From a bacterium UBP16_UBA6123 (GTDB lineage Bacteria; Muiribacteriota; UBA9980): a stretch of 64,000 nt of DNA. Shown one piece after another: positions 29,363 through 37,577 of this stretch. The stretch covers positions 4,109 to 68,108 of the forward strand of contig DIVV01000225.1 of NCBI GenBank assembly GCA_002423385.1. Reading direction: 5' to 3'. Within the stretch, counting starts at the first letter, position 1. Every line of letters starts with the position of its first letter. Made by a program: the position numbers and the translations under genes. The notes beneath the pieces are model-generated. The model was not told the origin of the DNA. It ran no database searches and saw only the letters and a list, made by a program, of their open reading frames with translations.

Positions 29363-32300
29363 TTATAAAGATTTCGTTTTAAAGCCGAACCTGATTCTTT
29401 TAAAAAGCGCCTGACCATGTGTGTCTTCAAGCCCGTTGGTTATAGTTACGCTGTATAGCGTATTAGCTTTAAGATCGGATTTCGGTTTAAACGATATTTT
29501 TTTACCCGTAGAATCCAGTGAAATATCGCCCGCTACTTTTTTAACGCCGTCATTAACTACTACGGTGTATTCGTTAGCTGTATTTTCATTGACCACTTTA
29601 TTAAATATCGCTATTATCTGCATATCGCGATCTATACCGGCTTCGTTATCGCGCGGATAGGTCGATATAAGCTCGAATTTCGATTTATCGCGCGGCCGGC
29701 CGGCTGTAAATGCCCATGAAACGCCTTTTTCTAAAGGATTTCCAGCGGCGTCGGTTATCCCTTCGGTAACGGTCGCTCTATATATATCGCCGTCTTTAAG
29801 CCCTTCGGTAGGTATGAACGACGCCGTATATTTTTTCGCATTATAAGATATCTGACCGTAAACGGTTTCACCATTGCTTTCATTGGTAATAAAAAAAGTG
29901 TACCTGTTCATCGTGACCGCTTTTATATTTTTAGTAAATATGACCTGTATTTGAGCAGTTTTCGCAACGCCAACCGCGGCGTTTAAAGGTGATATAGTTT
30001 TTATTTTAGGCTTTTCAAAATCCGGGCGCTCCATCGTTTTAAACTGATAAATATAGCGTGATCCAATTTTATTAGAATTAATATCGGATACGTCTGGCGA
30101 TATTTCTACGCTGTGCATACGCTCAAAATCAAGCTGACGCTCAGGTCTGATAACTACCGAGCATGAATCGGGCTGATATATAATCTCACAGCCAACAGGC
30201 CTGGAACCGGTAACTAACCTTATGGCATCGCCGCCTATAGTCGAAGTATCCAGCGCTTCGCTGAATTTAATGTAAATGGAAGTATTGGTTCTAATATTTT
30301 TAGAACCGTCGGGCGGATAACAGCTTATTACGTCGGGCGGATCGTAATCCGGCGCGCTTTGTGTTTCAAACGATAAATTATAAGCGCTTTTTATAGTGTT
30401 GCCCGATGAATCGGAAAGACCTTTCACGCTTAATTTATACTTAGACGAATAACGAAGTTTTGATATTGGCGTTATTATTATCTTTAAATCGCGTTCATTA
30501 TAAGCTATTTTACAGAATATATCGCTAAATGACGCTCCTTCAACGCTGCATAATGATATATTTTTTTCGGTCACGCTCGAATCTTTGATTTTTTCGCTCA
30601 GCCACAGGCATATCGAAGTATCGATAGACACGCCGCGCGCTAAATCTACAGGAGTCGCTTTTTTTATCTCAGGCGCCGAAAGATCGGGTTCGTCGATAGT
30701 GCTGAATTCAAAAACGACGGTCGAATTGAATAGATTGCCCGCTGAATCGGTCACACCGCGACTTATTACAACCCGATAGGTAGTCGAAAATTTCAGCCTT
30801 GCTTTCGGTATTATACTGATTTGCTTCTGTTTGTCATTATATACTATCTCGGCCGCCACGTCGGCACGTTCATTTTCATCTCTTAAAAATACGTTTTTAG
30901 CCGTAACCGTGAGCGGATCGAGATTCTTCGTAAAAGACGCGCTTATAGGAGTATCCAGCGGCACGTTGATAGAACCCGCTTCAGGACGCGTTGAAGACAG
31001 CTCCGGGCGCGTGCGGTCAGGAGCCGCTGCCGTGGCGAAATCCGAAATATAAGTAGCTTTCATATAATTGCCTGCAAGATCGGTTACGAGTTTTGAGACC
31101 ACTATTTTATATATCATGCCAAATTCGAGATCGCGGCGGGGCGTTATGGTAACGCGTTTCATCACCTGATCGTAGGTGACGGCCGCATTGATTTCAGAGC
31201 CGTTAGAATCGTATAACTGAAAACTCTTTCCATTAACGGCGCTTTCCGCTATTTTTTCCGAAAATATCACCTGGACGATGCTTTTAACGTCTATACCCCG
31301 TTCGCCTTTAAGCGGCAGGCAGGATAATATTCGCGGGGGCGTCGTATCCGGCGCCTGCAGCGTAGTAAAAGTCCACATTTTAGACGATCTTAAACGATTG
31401 TTGGCGAAATCTCGCACGCTGTCCGTTACATTAACGACATATTTAGTTAAATACTCAAATCGCGACTCAGGTATGAAAGTAAGAAGATACTCGTCGTCTT
31501 CATACTGTGTATACCCTTTTACCAGAACGCCTTTTTCATTTTTAACGCTTACCGTCGCCGCGTTTATTGAATTTTTCAATACCGGCTCGGAAAATTTTAT
31601 TGAAATAACCGTATTAAGCGCCACATTCAACGCCCCGTCGCCGGGAGTTACTCTTAATATTTCAGGCGCCGTTAAATCAGGTTTACCCATAATAGTAAAA
31701 GAAAATGAATAATCCGACTCTAATTTTTGACCGTCAAGATCGGTTATACGCGAACTTACGCTTAATTTATAATTAGTTGAATAATCAAAATTCTGCAAGG
31801 GAATTATCGTTACGAAATTTCCGTTTTTAACGTAATTAGTCGAGATCGCTATCGTTTTTGAATCAGCCGTCAATCTGATATTAAATACGTTGCAGGTAGA
31901 TTCATTCATGATTTTATTAAAATATACAAATATTTTCGAATCCGGTTTGATATCTTTCTCGTTATCAGCCGGATAAGTTTTATCTATGCGAGGTTTTTCT
32001 ATAACTACCGGTTTTTTAGTGGTAAAGGTCCATTCGCGCGGCGATGACATGGCATTACCCGCCGTGTCTTTAACGCCGTTGGATATCAATACCGTATATT
32101 TTTGGCCCGATTTCAACTTTTCAAGCGGAAAAAAAGCCACTTTTGAAGTGCGCCTGTCATAAGTTATTTTGCCGGCAATATCCTGAGTGCCGTCAGATAA
32201 AATAACTGTATACTTATTGAGCGAAACCGGATCTATCTCTTCTGAAAAAGCCGCGCTTATGCGCGCCTGTTCGGAAACATCATACGAGCCGTCAACAGGC

Positions 32301-33211
32301 GAAGTACCCGTAACTTCTGGAGGCATTTCGTCGCGCGGTTTTTTAGTGGAAAAAGTCCATGAATAATTTTCACTCATCTTAAAACCATGCACGCTTTCAA
32401 CCTGCATCGAAGCGAGCGTTACTCTATATACCTTGCCGTATTCGAGATTTCTGCCCGGAACGAATATAAGCTGACGTTCCTTATCGGAATAAACAGTTTT
32501 ACCGTCAATATCACGCGCCCCGTCATTTAGTTTAATAGTCGTATCCGTCACGCGCGAACCTAATAAAGCCAGATTAAAATCGACTATTACATAAGTATCC
32601 AGAGACACATCGGTAGCATTGACATCAGGATAGTTTTTAATCACTTTTGGCGATTTTCGGTTTTCATATATTTTAGTAACTTCTGTTTTACTCTCCGTTC
32701 TAAATGATAAGGTCACGTTTCGATCAAGCGGATTTCCTTCAGTGTCTTTGATAAGATACGAAGGTATGAAAAGACTATACAGCGTGTTTTTTGAAAACAT
32801 CGTACGCGGCGAAAAAGTCGCGGTGTAAGACGATGAGTCATAACTTAAAGTGCCTTCTATAACCGAACCGACTTCATCCATTACCATTATAGAAGACAGG
32901 TTAATACTAAGATAATCCATGGGTTTGCTAAACATTACCTTAATCTGACTGTTAAGCGCAACGTCGGTTTCAGCATCGAGCGGCTTTGTTTTAATAACAA
33001 AAGGAAGACGGGCGTTATGATCGATAACTTCATGCGGTGAGTTTGGCTCTTCAATTTGAACAACGACCTCGGATAATTTTTGCGCCTGAAGTTCTCTCTG
33101 TTCGGCTTCGCCAGTCTGCGCAAAAGCACATAATAACGGAGCGAAACTTTGAAATATAATAAAAATATTAACTATAAATATTGATAAAAAAATATAATTA
33201 CGGTTTTTCAT
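29363..33211 (-). CDS. large secreted protein made of 11 tandem Ig-like (SbsA_Ig / Big_5-type) domains
   Basis: 1282-aa ORF with an N-terminal signal or TM segment. It contains 11 units of about 105 aa with the recurring pattern P.I....P.dg...V.....I.v.Fs..i.......f.l.......v.g...Y......v.f.P...L....Y.v.v...v.D.aGN.l.....w.FtT. Confidence 0.88.
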   Translation of the reverse strand: MKNRNYIFLSIFIVNIFIIFQSFAPLLCAFAQTGEAEQRELQAQKLSEVVVQIEEPNSPHEVIDHNARLPFVIKTKPLDAETDVALNSQIKVMFSKPMDYLSINLSSIMVMDEVGSVIEGTLSYDSSSYTATFSPRTMFSKNTLYSLFIPSYLIKDTEGNPLDRNVTLSFRTESKTEVTKIYENRKSPKVIKNYPDVNATDVSLDTYVIVDFNLALLGSRVTDTTIKLNDGARDIDGKTVYSDKERQLIFVPGRNLEYGKVYRVTLASMQVESVHGFKMSENYSWTFSTKKPRDEMPPEVTGTSPVDGSYDVSEQARISAAFSEEIDPVSLNKYTVILSDGTQDIAGKITYDRRTSKVAFFPLEKLKSGQKYTVLISNGVKDTAGNAMSSPREWTFTTKKPVVIEKPRIDKTYPADNEKDIKPDSKIFVYFNKIMNESTCNVFNIRLTADSKTIAISTNYVKNGNFVTIIPLQNFDYSTNYKLSVSSRITDLDGQKLESDYSFSFTIMGKPDLTAPEILRVTPGDGALNVALNTVISIKFSEPVLKNSINAATVSVKNEKGVLVKGYTQYEDDEYLLTFIPESRFEYLTKYVVNVTDSVRDFANNRLRSSKMWTFTTLQAPDTTPPRILSCLPLKGERGIDVKSIVQVIFSEKIAESAVNGKSFQLYDSNGSEINAAVTYDQVMKRVTITPRRDLEFGMIYKIVVSKLVTDLAGNYMKATYISDFATAAAPDRTRPELSSTRPEAGSINVPLDTPISASFTKNLDPLTVTAKNVFLRDENERADVAAEIVYNDKQKQISIIPKARLKFSTTYRVVISRGVTDSAGNLFNSTVVFEFSTIDEPDLSAPEIKKATPVDLARGVSIDTSICLWLSEKIKDSSVTEKNISLCSVEGASFSDIFCKIAYNERDLKIIITPISKLRYSSKYKLSVKGLSDSSGNTIKSAYNLSFETQSAPDYDPPDVISCYPPDGSKNIRTNTSIYIKFSEALDTSTIGGDAIRLVTGSRPVGCEIIYQPDSCSVVIRPERQLDFERMHSVEISPDVSDINSNKIGSRYIYQFKTMERPDFEKPKIKTISPLNAAVGVAKTAQIQVIFTKNIKAVTMNRYTFFITNESNGETVYGQISYNAKKYTASFIPTEGLKDGDIYRATVTEGITDAAGNPLEKGVSWAFTAGRPRDKSKFELISTYPRDNEAGIDRDMQIIAIFNKVVNENTANEYTVVVNDGVKKVAGDISLDSTGKKISFKPKSDLKANTLYSVTITNGLEDTHGQALFKRIRFGFKTKSL

Positions 33212-33351
33212 AATCTTTATATCGGAAGTAAAATAAAAAAATATAATTTTTTTTCACGCTACTAACGATTACATATTAATACCAGGAAAAACTTGAATTA
33301 AATACTGCTGTCGTTTACAAAACTGAAGGATCGCTCTACTAAGGCCGGGAT

Positions 33352-33600
33352 GGGGGAAAAGAAAGGACCGAAGGCCCTCTCTTTTCCCCCATAGCCCCCT
33401 TTACTCTCCCAAAATATTTTTGGACAGTCGACATTTGTTCTGTCATGCCTGGAAATCCTTTACAAAATTCTTTTTTTTCTTTTCCTGCCATAAACCTCTT
33501 TCATGTCGTTTGTCAGTTTTGCCTCCGCGCACGCTTTGCGCGCGCGAAGGCGTACTATTTACGCGCCACCGGAACTTAATATTTCGGCTCGCGGTAATGC
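33352..33600 (+). repeat. GC-rich structured repeat, copy A
   Basis: Modules in order: hairpin H1 at 33352-33390 (GGGGGAAAAGAAAGG / CCCTCTCTTTTCCCCC), box CCCCCATAGCCCCC..TCTCCCAAAATATTTTT, a CT tract of about 20 nt, GC palindrome H2 at 33521-33551, box CGCGCCACCGGAACTTAA and CGGCTCGCGG at 33585-33594. Closely similar to 56008-56326. Confidence 0.85.
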
Positions 33601-33727
33601 TTTAAAGCATAACAACTTTTATTGTATCACCGAAAATTATATAAAACTCGCTAATTATATTAATTAAATAAATTCGTTTTGACTTAATTTGTTATTTTCT
33701 TATAGACTCGATTTATATTAGTTTTTC

Positions 33728-33969
33728 CCGTGAGCCATAAGGCATAGTCGCGGTAGTGCGCACTTGCTACGCAGTCGCGCGCATGCGCGCGACTGCAAAC
33801 AAGCAGGCTGGCATAAAAATAAGTAAAAGGCAAAAAACAAAAAAGAAAACGAAATTAAAGCCACGAAAGAAAAAGCTATCGATAAACTAGCAATAAAGCG
33901 TCAGGCAATTTGCAGATTGAGGGTGGGGCATGGGGAGGGAGAAAGGGTTGCTAACCTTTTCTCCCTCCC
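33728..33969 (-). repeat. GC-rich structured repeat, copy B (inverted, diverged)
   Basis: Same module order read on the minus strand: CCGTGAGCC at 33728-33736, perfect palindrome GCAGTCGCGCGC/GCGCGCGACTGC at 33771-33796, a purine tract on the + strand at about 33811-33875, GGGTGGGGCATGGGG, and hairpin H1 at 33932-33969 (GGGAGGGAGAAAGG / CCTTTTCTCCCTCCC). Confidence 0.75.
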
Positions 33970-34206
33970 TTCAAAAAAAAGAAAAAATAGAAGGTTTTAT
34001 ATAATGGTTTTATGTGATAATATGTGATAATATTACTGGAAAAATTTAGAAAAATGTAGTATAATTATATGGGACTATGTTTATGTTACATTGTTTTAAG
34101 TTAATTTTCGGCTAATTTTAATCGTTAGCATGACTAACTTAAATTATTATATAAAAAGGGCGGCTTTTCAAATTTAATTAAGCTGCCGTATCAGCGGAGG
34201 TGTGTC

Positions 34207-35112
34207 GTGGTGAAATTTAAAAATTTATTTATATTCGTATTAATATTTTCAGCTACCTTATTCATTAACGATATTAATTTATGCGCCGGTATTTTAAATA
34301 TTAACGGCGCAACAGCTTATGCTCAGGACGACATGGGTGAAGCGCCGCCGCCTGAAGAGGCGCCGCCAGTTGATGATAATCCACCGGCTGATCCGCCGGT
34401 TGAAGAGGTGCCGCCGGTCGATCCAACTGAAGAAGTGCCGCCGGTTGATACCGCGGAAAATAATGTGGAAGATCCCGCCAATAATCCCGATGCTCAAAAC
34501 CCCTCTCAGCAGGCTGATCCTGCCGCTCAGGCCGCCGAAGAAGAGCGCGTTAAAATGGAGCAGGAAAATACCGAAATTAAAGAAAAAATCGAACTTTCAA
34601 AAAAAGAACTCGCCGATCTCGAACAGGAAATGAACAGCAAAAAGCGTAAAACAAAAGACGATTCAGGTTCGACGATAAGCTATGAAGGCGACCAGCGCAG
34701 AAAATTTCGCCAGGCTAAAGAAAGTTACGACGCCAAGCTCGAAGAAATACAAAAAATGGAAGAACAGCTTAAGGGTAACGAAGAAAAAATAAGCAGCATT
34801 CAGCCTGCTCCGGCTAACGATGCACCCGTCGATACGCCGCCAAACGATACGCCGCCGGCCGATTCGCCCGAAGAGGCTCCGCCAACTGATAATCCTCCGG
34901 CCGAGGCTCCACCGGCTGATGAAATGCCGCCGGCAAATGATGAACCGCCCGCTGATCCGCCTGAAGAAACTCCGACCGCCGACGAAATGCCGCCGGCTGA
35001 TGATAACCCTCCACCCGAAGACAATCCACCGGCTGATCCACCCGAAGAAGCTCCGCCGGCCGATGAAATGCCGCCGGCTGACGAACCGGTCCAGGATTAT
35101 TCTTCAGAATAA
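34207..35112 (+). CDS. secreted acidic proline-rich protein with a central coiled-coil
   Basis: 301-aa ORF with a GTG start, RBS GGAGGTG and a signal-like N-terminus. PPxD/PPADE repeat blocks at both ends flank a charged helical core (EEERVKMEQENTEIKEKIELSKKELADLEQEM). Confidence 0.7.
   Translation: MVKFKNLFIFVLIFSATLFINDINLCAGILNINGATAYAQDDMGEAPPPEEAPPVDDNPPADPPVEEVPPVDPTEEVPPVDTAENNVEDPANNPDAQNPSQQADPAAQAAEEERVKMEQENTEIKEKIELSKKELADLEQEMNSKKRKTKDDSGSTISYEGDQRRKFRQAKESYDAKLEEIQKMEEQLKGNEEKISSIQPAPANDAPVDTPPNDTPPADSPEEAPPTDNPPAEAPPADEMPPANDEPPADPPEETPTADEMPPADDNPPPEDNPPADPPEEAPPADEMPPADEPVQDYSSE
34801..35088 (+). repeat. degenerate tandem coding repeats (PPAD/E-type peptide units)
   Basis: GCCGCCGGCTGATGA-like units recur, and the peptide ADEMPPAD occurs 3 times. 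These repeats generate several spurious alternative-frame ORFs. Confidence 0.7.
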
Positions 35113-35133
35113 AACACAATTAATTTTTATTTT

Positions 35134-36393
35134 ATGAAAGTGAATGATTATCTGCATATGCTTAAATATAACGCCGATTGCTGTAAAAAAAATATATATT
35201 CATATACCCCGGCCGCGGTCTTAATTTCGGCCGCGTGCATATTTTGCTTTAATTTTTATCCGGCCGCCGCTCAGGACGACATTGAATATATGTTCATACT
35301 TAAAAACGGCACTAACATAACAGCCACCACGGATGAAAAATCATTATCAGACACCGGAATTAAAGTTATTAAAATCCGCACCAGCTACGGTGAACTTGAA
35401 ATACCACGCGATCAGATACTTAAATATTATAAAAGCCCGATAAATTCTTTGGTAGCCGAAAAAAAGACGGAAAATGAACCGGCTGAAAAAGAACCGGAAC
35501 CAGAAGAAACAGTCGAAGAAACTCAAAAAACTGCGGAAGTTAATGACAGCAAAGAAATAAAAACTGCGGCGACACCCGTAAAAGCGCAGGACGATAAAAC
35601 CGGCATGGAAATTAAGACGGAAACCGGCACGGCTAAAACCGCCAAAAAAGAAATAGAAGACGAAGCGCTCAAAATGGATGAGCAGGACGATAATGAAAAC
35701 GATATTAACGAAAGTAAAAAAAACGCGGCGGAAAACTCACCCAAAGGCACTGGCGCAGAAGGCCTTTTAAACTTAGACGACGATAAACTACTTGATATGC
35801 TCGGTGAATCGGATATCGAGCCGTCTGAACCAGTCATCAACACCGATACTGAAAAAATAGGAGAGATAGAGAAAATCAGGGGTAAGTATCAGGCGCAGAA
35901 GGGAAGCCAGAAAAAATTAATACCTGACAATTTAAATTCAATAGAAGCCGATATTAAATCGATGGCCGGCTCCTCGACCGAAGAAGACTGGCTGATAGCT
36001 AAATTCACCCGTGAGATACAGGTTGAAACCGCTGAAACCGTTCCGGTAGAAGTTATCGAAGTAAGCGTTAAAAACTCGGAAAATGGCGTAAAATCCGCCG
36101 CCGACGCTTCATTAAAAGACGGAACTAAAGAAGCTGGCGTTAATAAAAAAGCCGGCGCCACACTCGAAGTTATTCTCAGCGAAACTGAAGAAGCCAGAAT
36201 AATCGGAGGCGGAAAATTATCGGAAAAAATAGTTAAAGAATTTAAAAAACATAAAGCGCTTCCGCATAAAAAAATAAGCGAAAAACAACATTTAAACGCT
36301 GAAATTCAAAAGCATTTCAGTTCCGGTGAAAATAAAAAAACGGAATCGGAAACAGCGGCGGAAACTAAAGAAGTTAAAATCGAAAAAAAATAA
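35134..36393 (+). CDS. hypothetical membrane-anchored or secreted protein with a long acidic/Lys-rich disordered region
   Basis: 419-aa ORF. It has an N-terminal hydrophobic segment (AAVLISAACIFCFNFYPAAA), a small beta domain, then an E/K/T-rich low-complexity region. Confidence 0.6.
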   Translation: MKVNDYLHMLKYNADCCKKNIYSYTPAAVLISAACIFCFNFYPAAAQDDIEYMFILKNGTNITATTDEKSLSDTGIKVIKIRTSYGELEIPRDQILKYYKSPINSLVAEKKTENEPAEKEPEPEETVEETQKTAEVNDSKEIKTAATPVKAQDDKTGMEIKTETGTAKTAKKEIEDEALKMDEQDDNENDINESKKNAAENSPKGTGAEGLLNLDDDKLLDMLGESDIEPSEPVINTDTEKIGEIEKIRGKYQAQKGSQKKLIPDNLNSIEADIKSMAGSSTEEDWLIAKFTREIQVETAETVPVEVIEVSVKNSENGVKSAADASLKDGTKEAGVNKKAGATLEVILSETEEARIIGGGKLSEKIVKEFKKHKALPHKKISEKQHLNAEIQKHFSSGENKKTESETAAETKEVKIEKK

Positions 36394-36474
36394 AGTTAAA
36401 GCAAAAATATCCTATAGCATAATTTTTATGCTATATTATAAAAATGAAATATTTATTTAATTAACGGTGCGCGA

Positions 36475-37533
36475 TTGAACGATTTTTTATCAAACAGCCA
36501 GCAAAATAAATCAGGCTTATCTTCCCGCAAATTATCCTGCCAACTACTATGGAAGGTTAATTTCAACGAACCGCTCAGTTCGGTCTTTCTTTCATTCGAT
36601 TCAAAAAACGCAGTTACCGCCTCCCGGCGCGGCGAAATCTCGGTGATAAACGCCGCCGAAGGTAAAATTATCCGCTCGACTAATTTAAATGCGCCACTGA
36701 TATGCGCCTTTATGGATAATTCCACCCGTGAAATTTTCGCTTTTGGAAATAACGGCGTATCACGCATCGCCTCCGACGGCACTAAATTATGGCATAAAAA
36801 TATCCAGACGCCTATCATAACCGGCGCGCTGTCTCAAATAAATAAAAGTTTTATAATATGCTACGAAGGCAATAAAATAGTTATAGCCGATTATAACGCC
36901 GTTCCAAAATATAAAGGCGTTATAGATTCAAAGGGAGCCGTCTCTTCAATTTACGTTCCCGAATTATCCAATAACTTTACCATAGTCACCGAAGCCGGCG
37001 ACGTTTATTATATGAACGCGTACGGAAGCGTTCTATGGCAGTTCTGCATAAAAGATAAATTAAGCTCCGTTTCAATGTCGCGCGACGGCAAGATAATTTT
37101 TGCCGGTTCGAGCGATAATAAAGTTCTATGCCTTCACAGCGAACAGAAAGTATTATTTAACTACGAACTCAAAAGCCCCGTTATATGCACCGACATATCC
37201 GAAGACGGCAAATACTTCGCCGTAGGCTGCAGCGACGGGTATATCTACGTTTTAGATTCAAACGGAAATACGGTATTCTATGACAGGCCGCTTTCGTGCG
37301 TCTCAGAAATTTATCTGAGCGAGGGCGCCGAACAAATACTTACTTTATCCGATTCAAGCCTTATATCAATGTATAAAATCTGCGAACGCAAAACAGTTGA
37401 AGAAAAATCAAAAGACTTTGCCGGATTTATAGAACTCGATTCAAATATAAATTTCAAAAACGGAGGCGCAGACGGCGCGAACGGCTTAAATAATAAAAAT
37501 AACAATGATTTCGAAAAATTTATAGAATTATAA
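36475..37533 (+). CDS. PQQ-like / BamB-like beta-propeller repeat protein
   Basis: 352-aa ORF with a TTG start (uncertain). Repeats of the type ..DG.(I/L)(Y/F)....G.vy.ld.nG..lw (EAGDVYYMNAYGSVLWQF, SDGYIYVLDSNGNTVF). No signal peptide. Confidence 0.65.
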   Translation: MNDFLSNSQQNKSGLSSRKLSCQLLWKVNFNEPLSSVFLSFDSKNAVTASRRGEISVINAAEGKIIRSTNLNAPLICAFMDNSTREIFAFGNNGVSRIASDGTKLWHKNIQTPIITGALSQINKSFIICYEGNKIVIADYNAVPKYKGVIDSKGAVSSIYVPELSNNFTIVTEAGDVYYMNAYGSVLWQFCIKDKLSSVSMSRDGKIIFAGSSDNKVLCLHSEQKVLFNYELKSPVICTDISEDGKYFAVGCSDGYIYVLDSNGNTVFYDRPLSCVSEIYLSEGAEQILTLSDSSLISMYKICERKTVEEKSKDFAGFIELDSNINFKNGGADGANGLNNKNNNDFEKFIEL

Positions 37534-37577
37534 TAATTAATTTAATAATAAAGCATTAATTAATAATGTGGTGATAT

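Noticed and set aside
33352-33390. H1 hairpin as a Rho-independent terminator
   Set aside because: No U-tract directly follows the stem on either strand. In locus 1 no gene ends next to it.
33420-33605. 61-aa ORF inside repeat copy A (with the analogous ORFs 55982-56281 and 56047-56445 in copy C)
   Set aside because: The peptides are low-complexity products of the polypyrimidine tract. Indels between copies shift the reading frame while nucleotide blocks and hairpins are conserved. The start codon of one copy (ATG 56047) is ATA in the other. Conservation is therefore at the nucleotide or structure level, not the protein level. A type I toxin idea was considered and dropped for the same reason.
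34005-34035. Direct repeat ATGTGATAAT x2, considered as DnaA boxes or an origin signal
   Set aside because: The reverse complement TTATCACAT does not fit the TTATNCACA consensus. No dnaA/dnaN genes or AT-rich unwinding repeats accompany it.
34294-35137. Five overlapping alternative-frame and antisense ORFs within the Pro-rich gene
   Set aside because: They are generated by the GC-rich CCG/GCC repeat composition. Only the 34207 frame has an RBS, a signal-like N-terminus and continuity across the non-repetitive coiled-coil core.
36413-36435. 8-bp AT-rich hairpin (TATAGCAT/ATGCTATA) after the 35134-36393 gene, considered as a terminator
   Set aside because: The stem is weak, all-A/T-dominated and has no U-run. 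The downstream gene probably belongs to the same operon.
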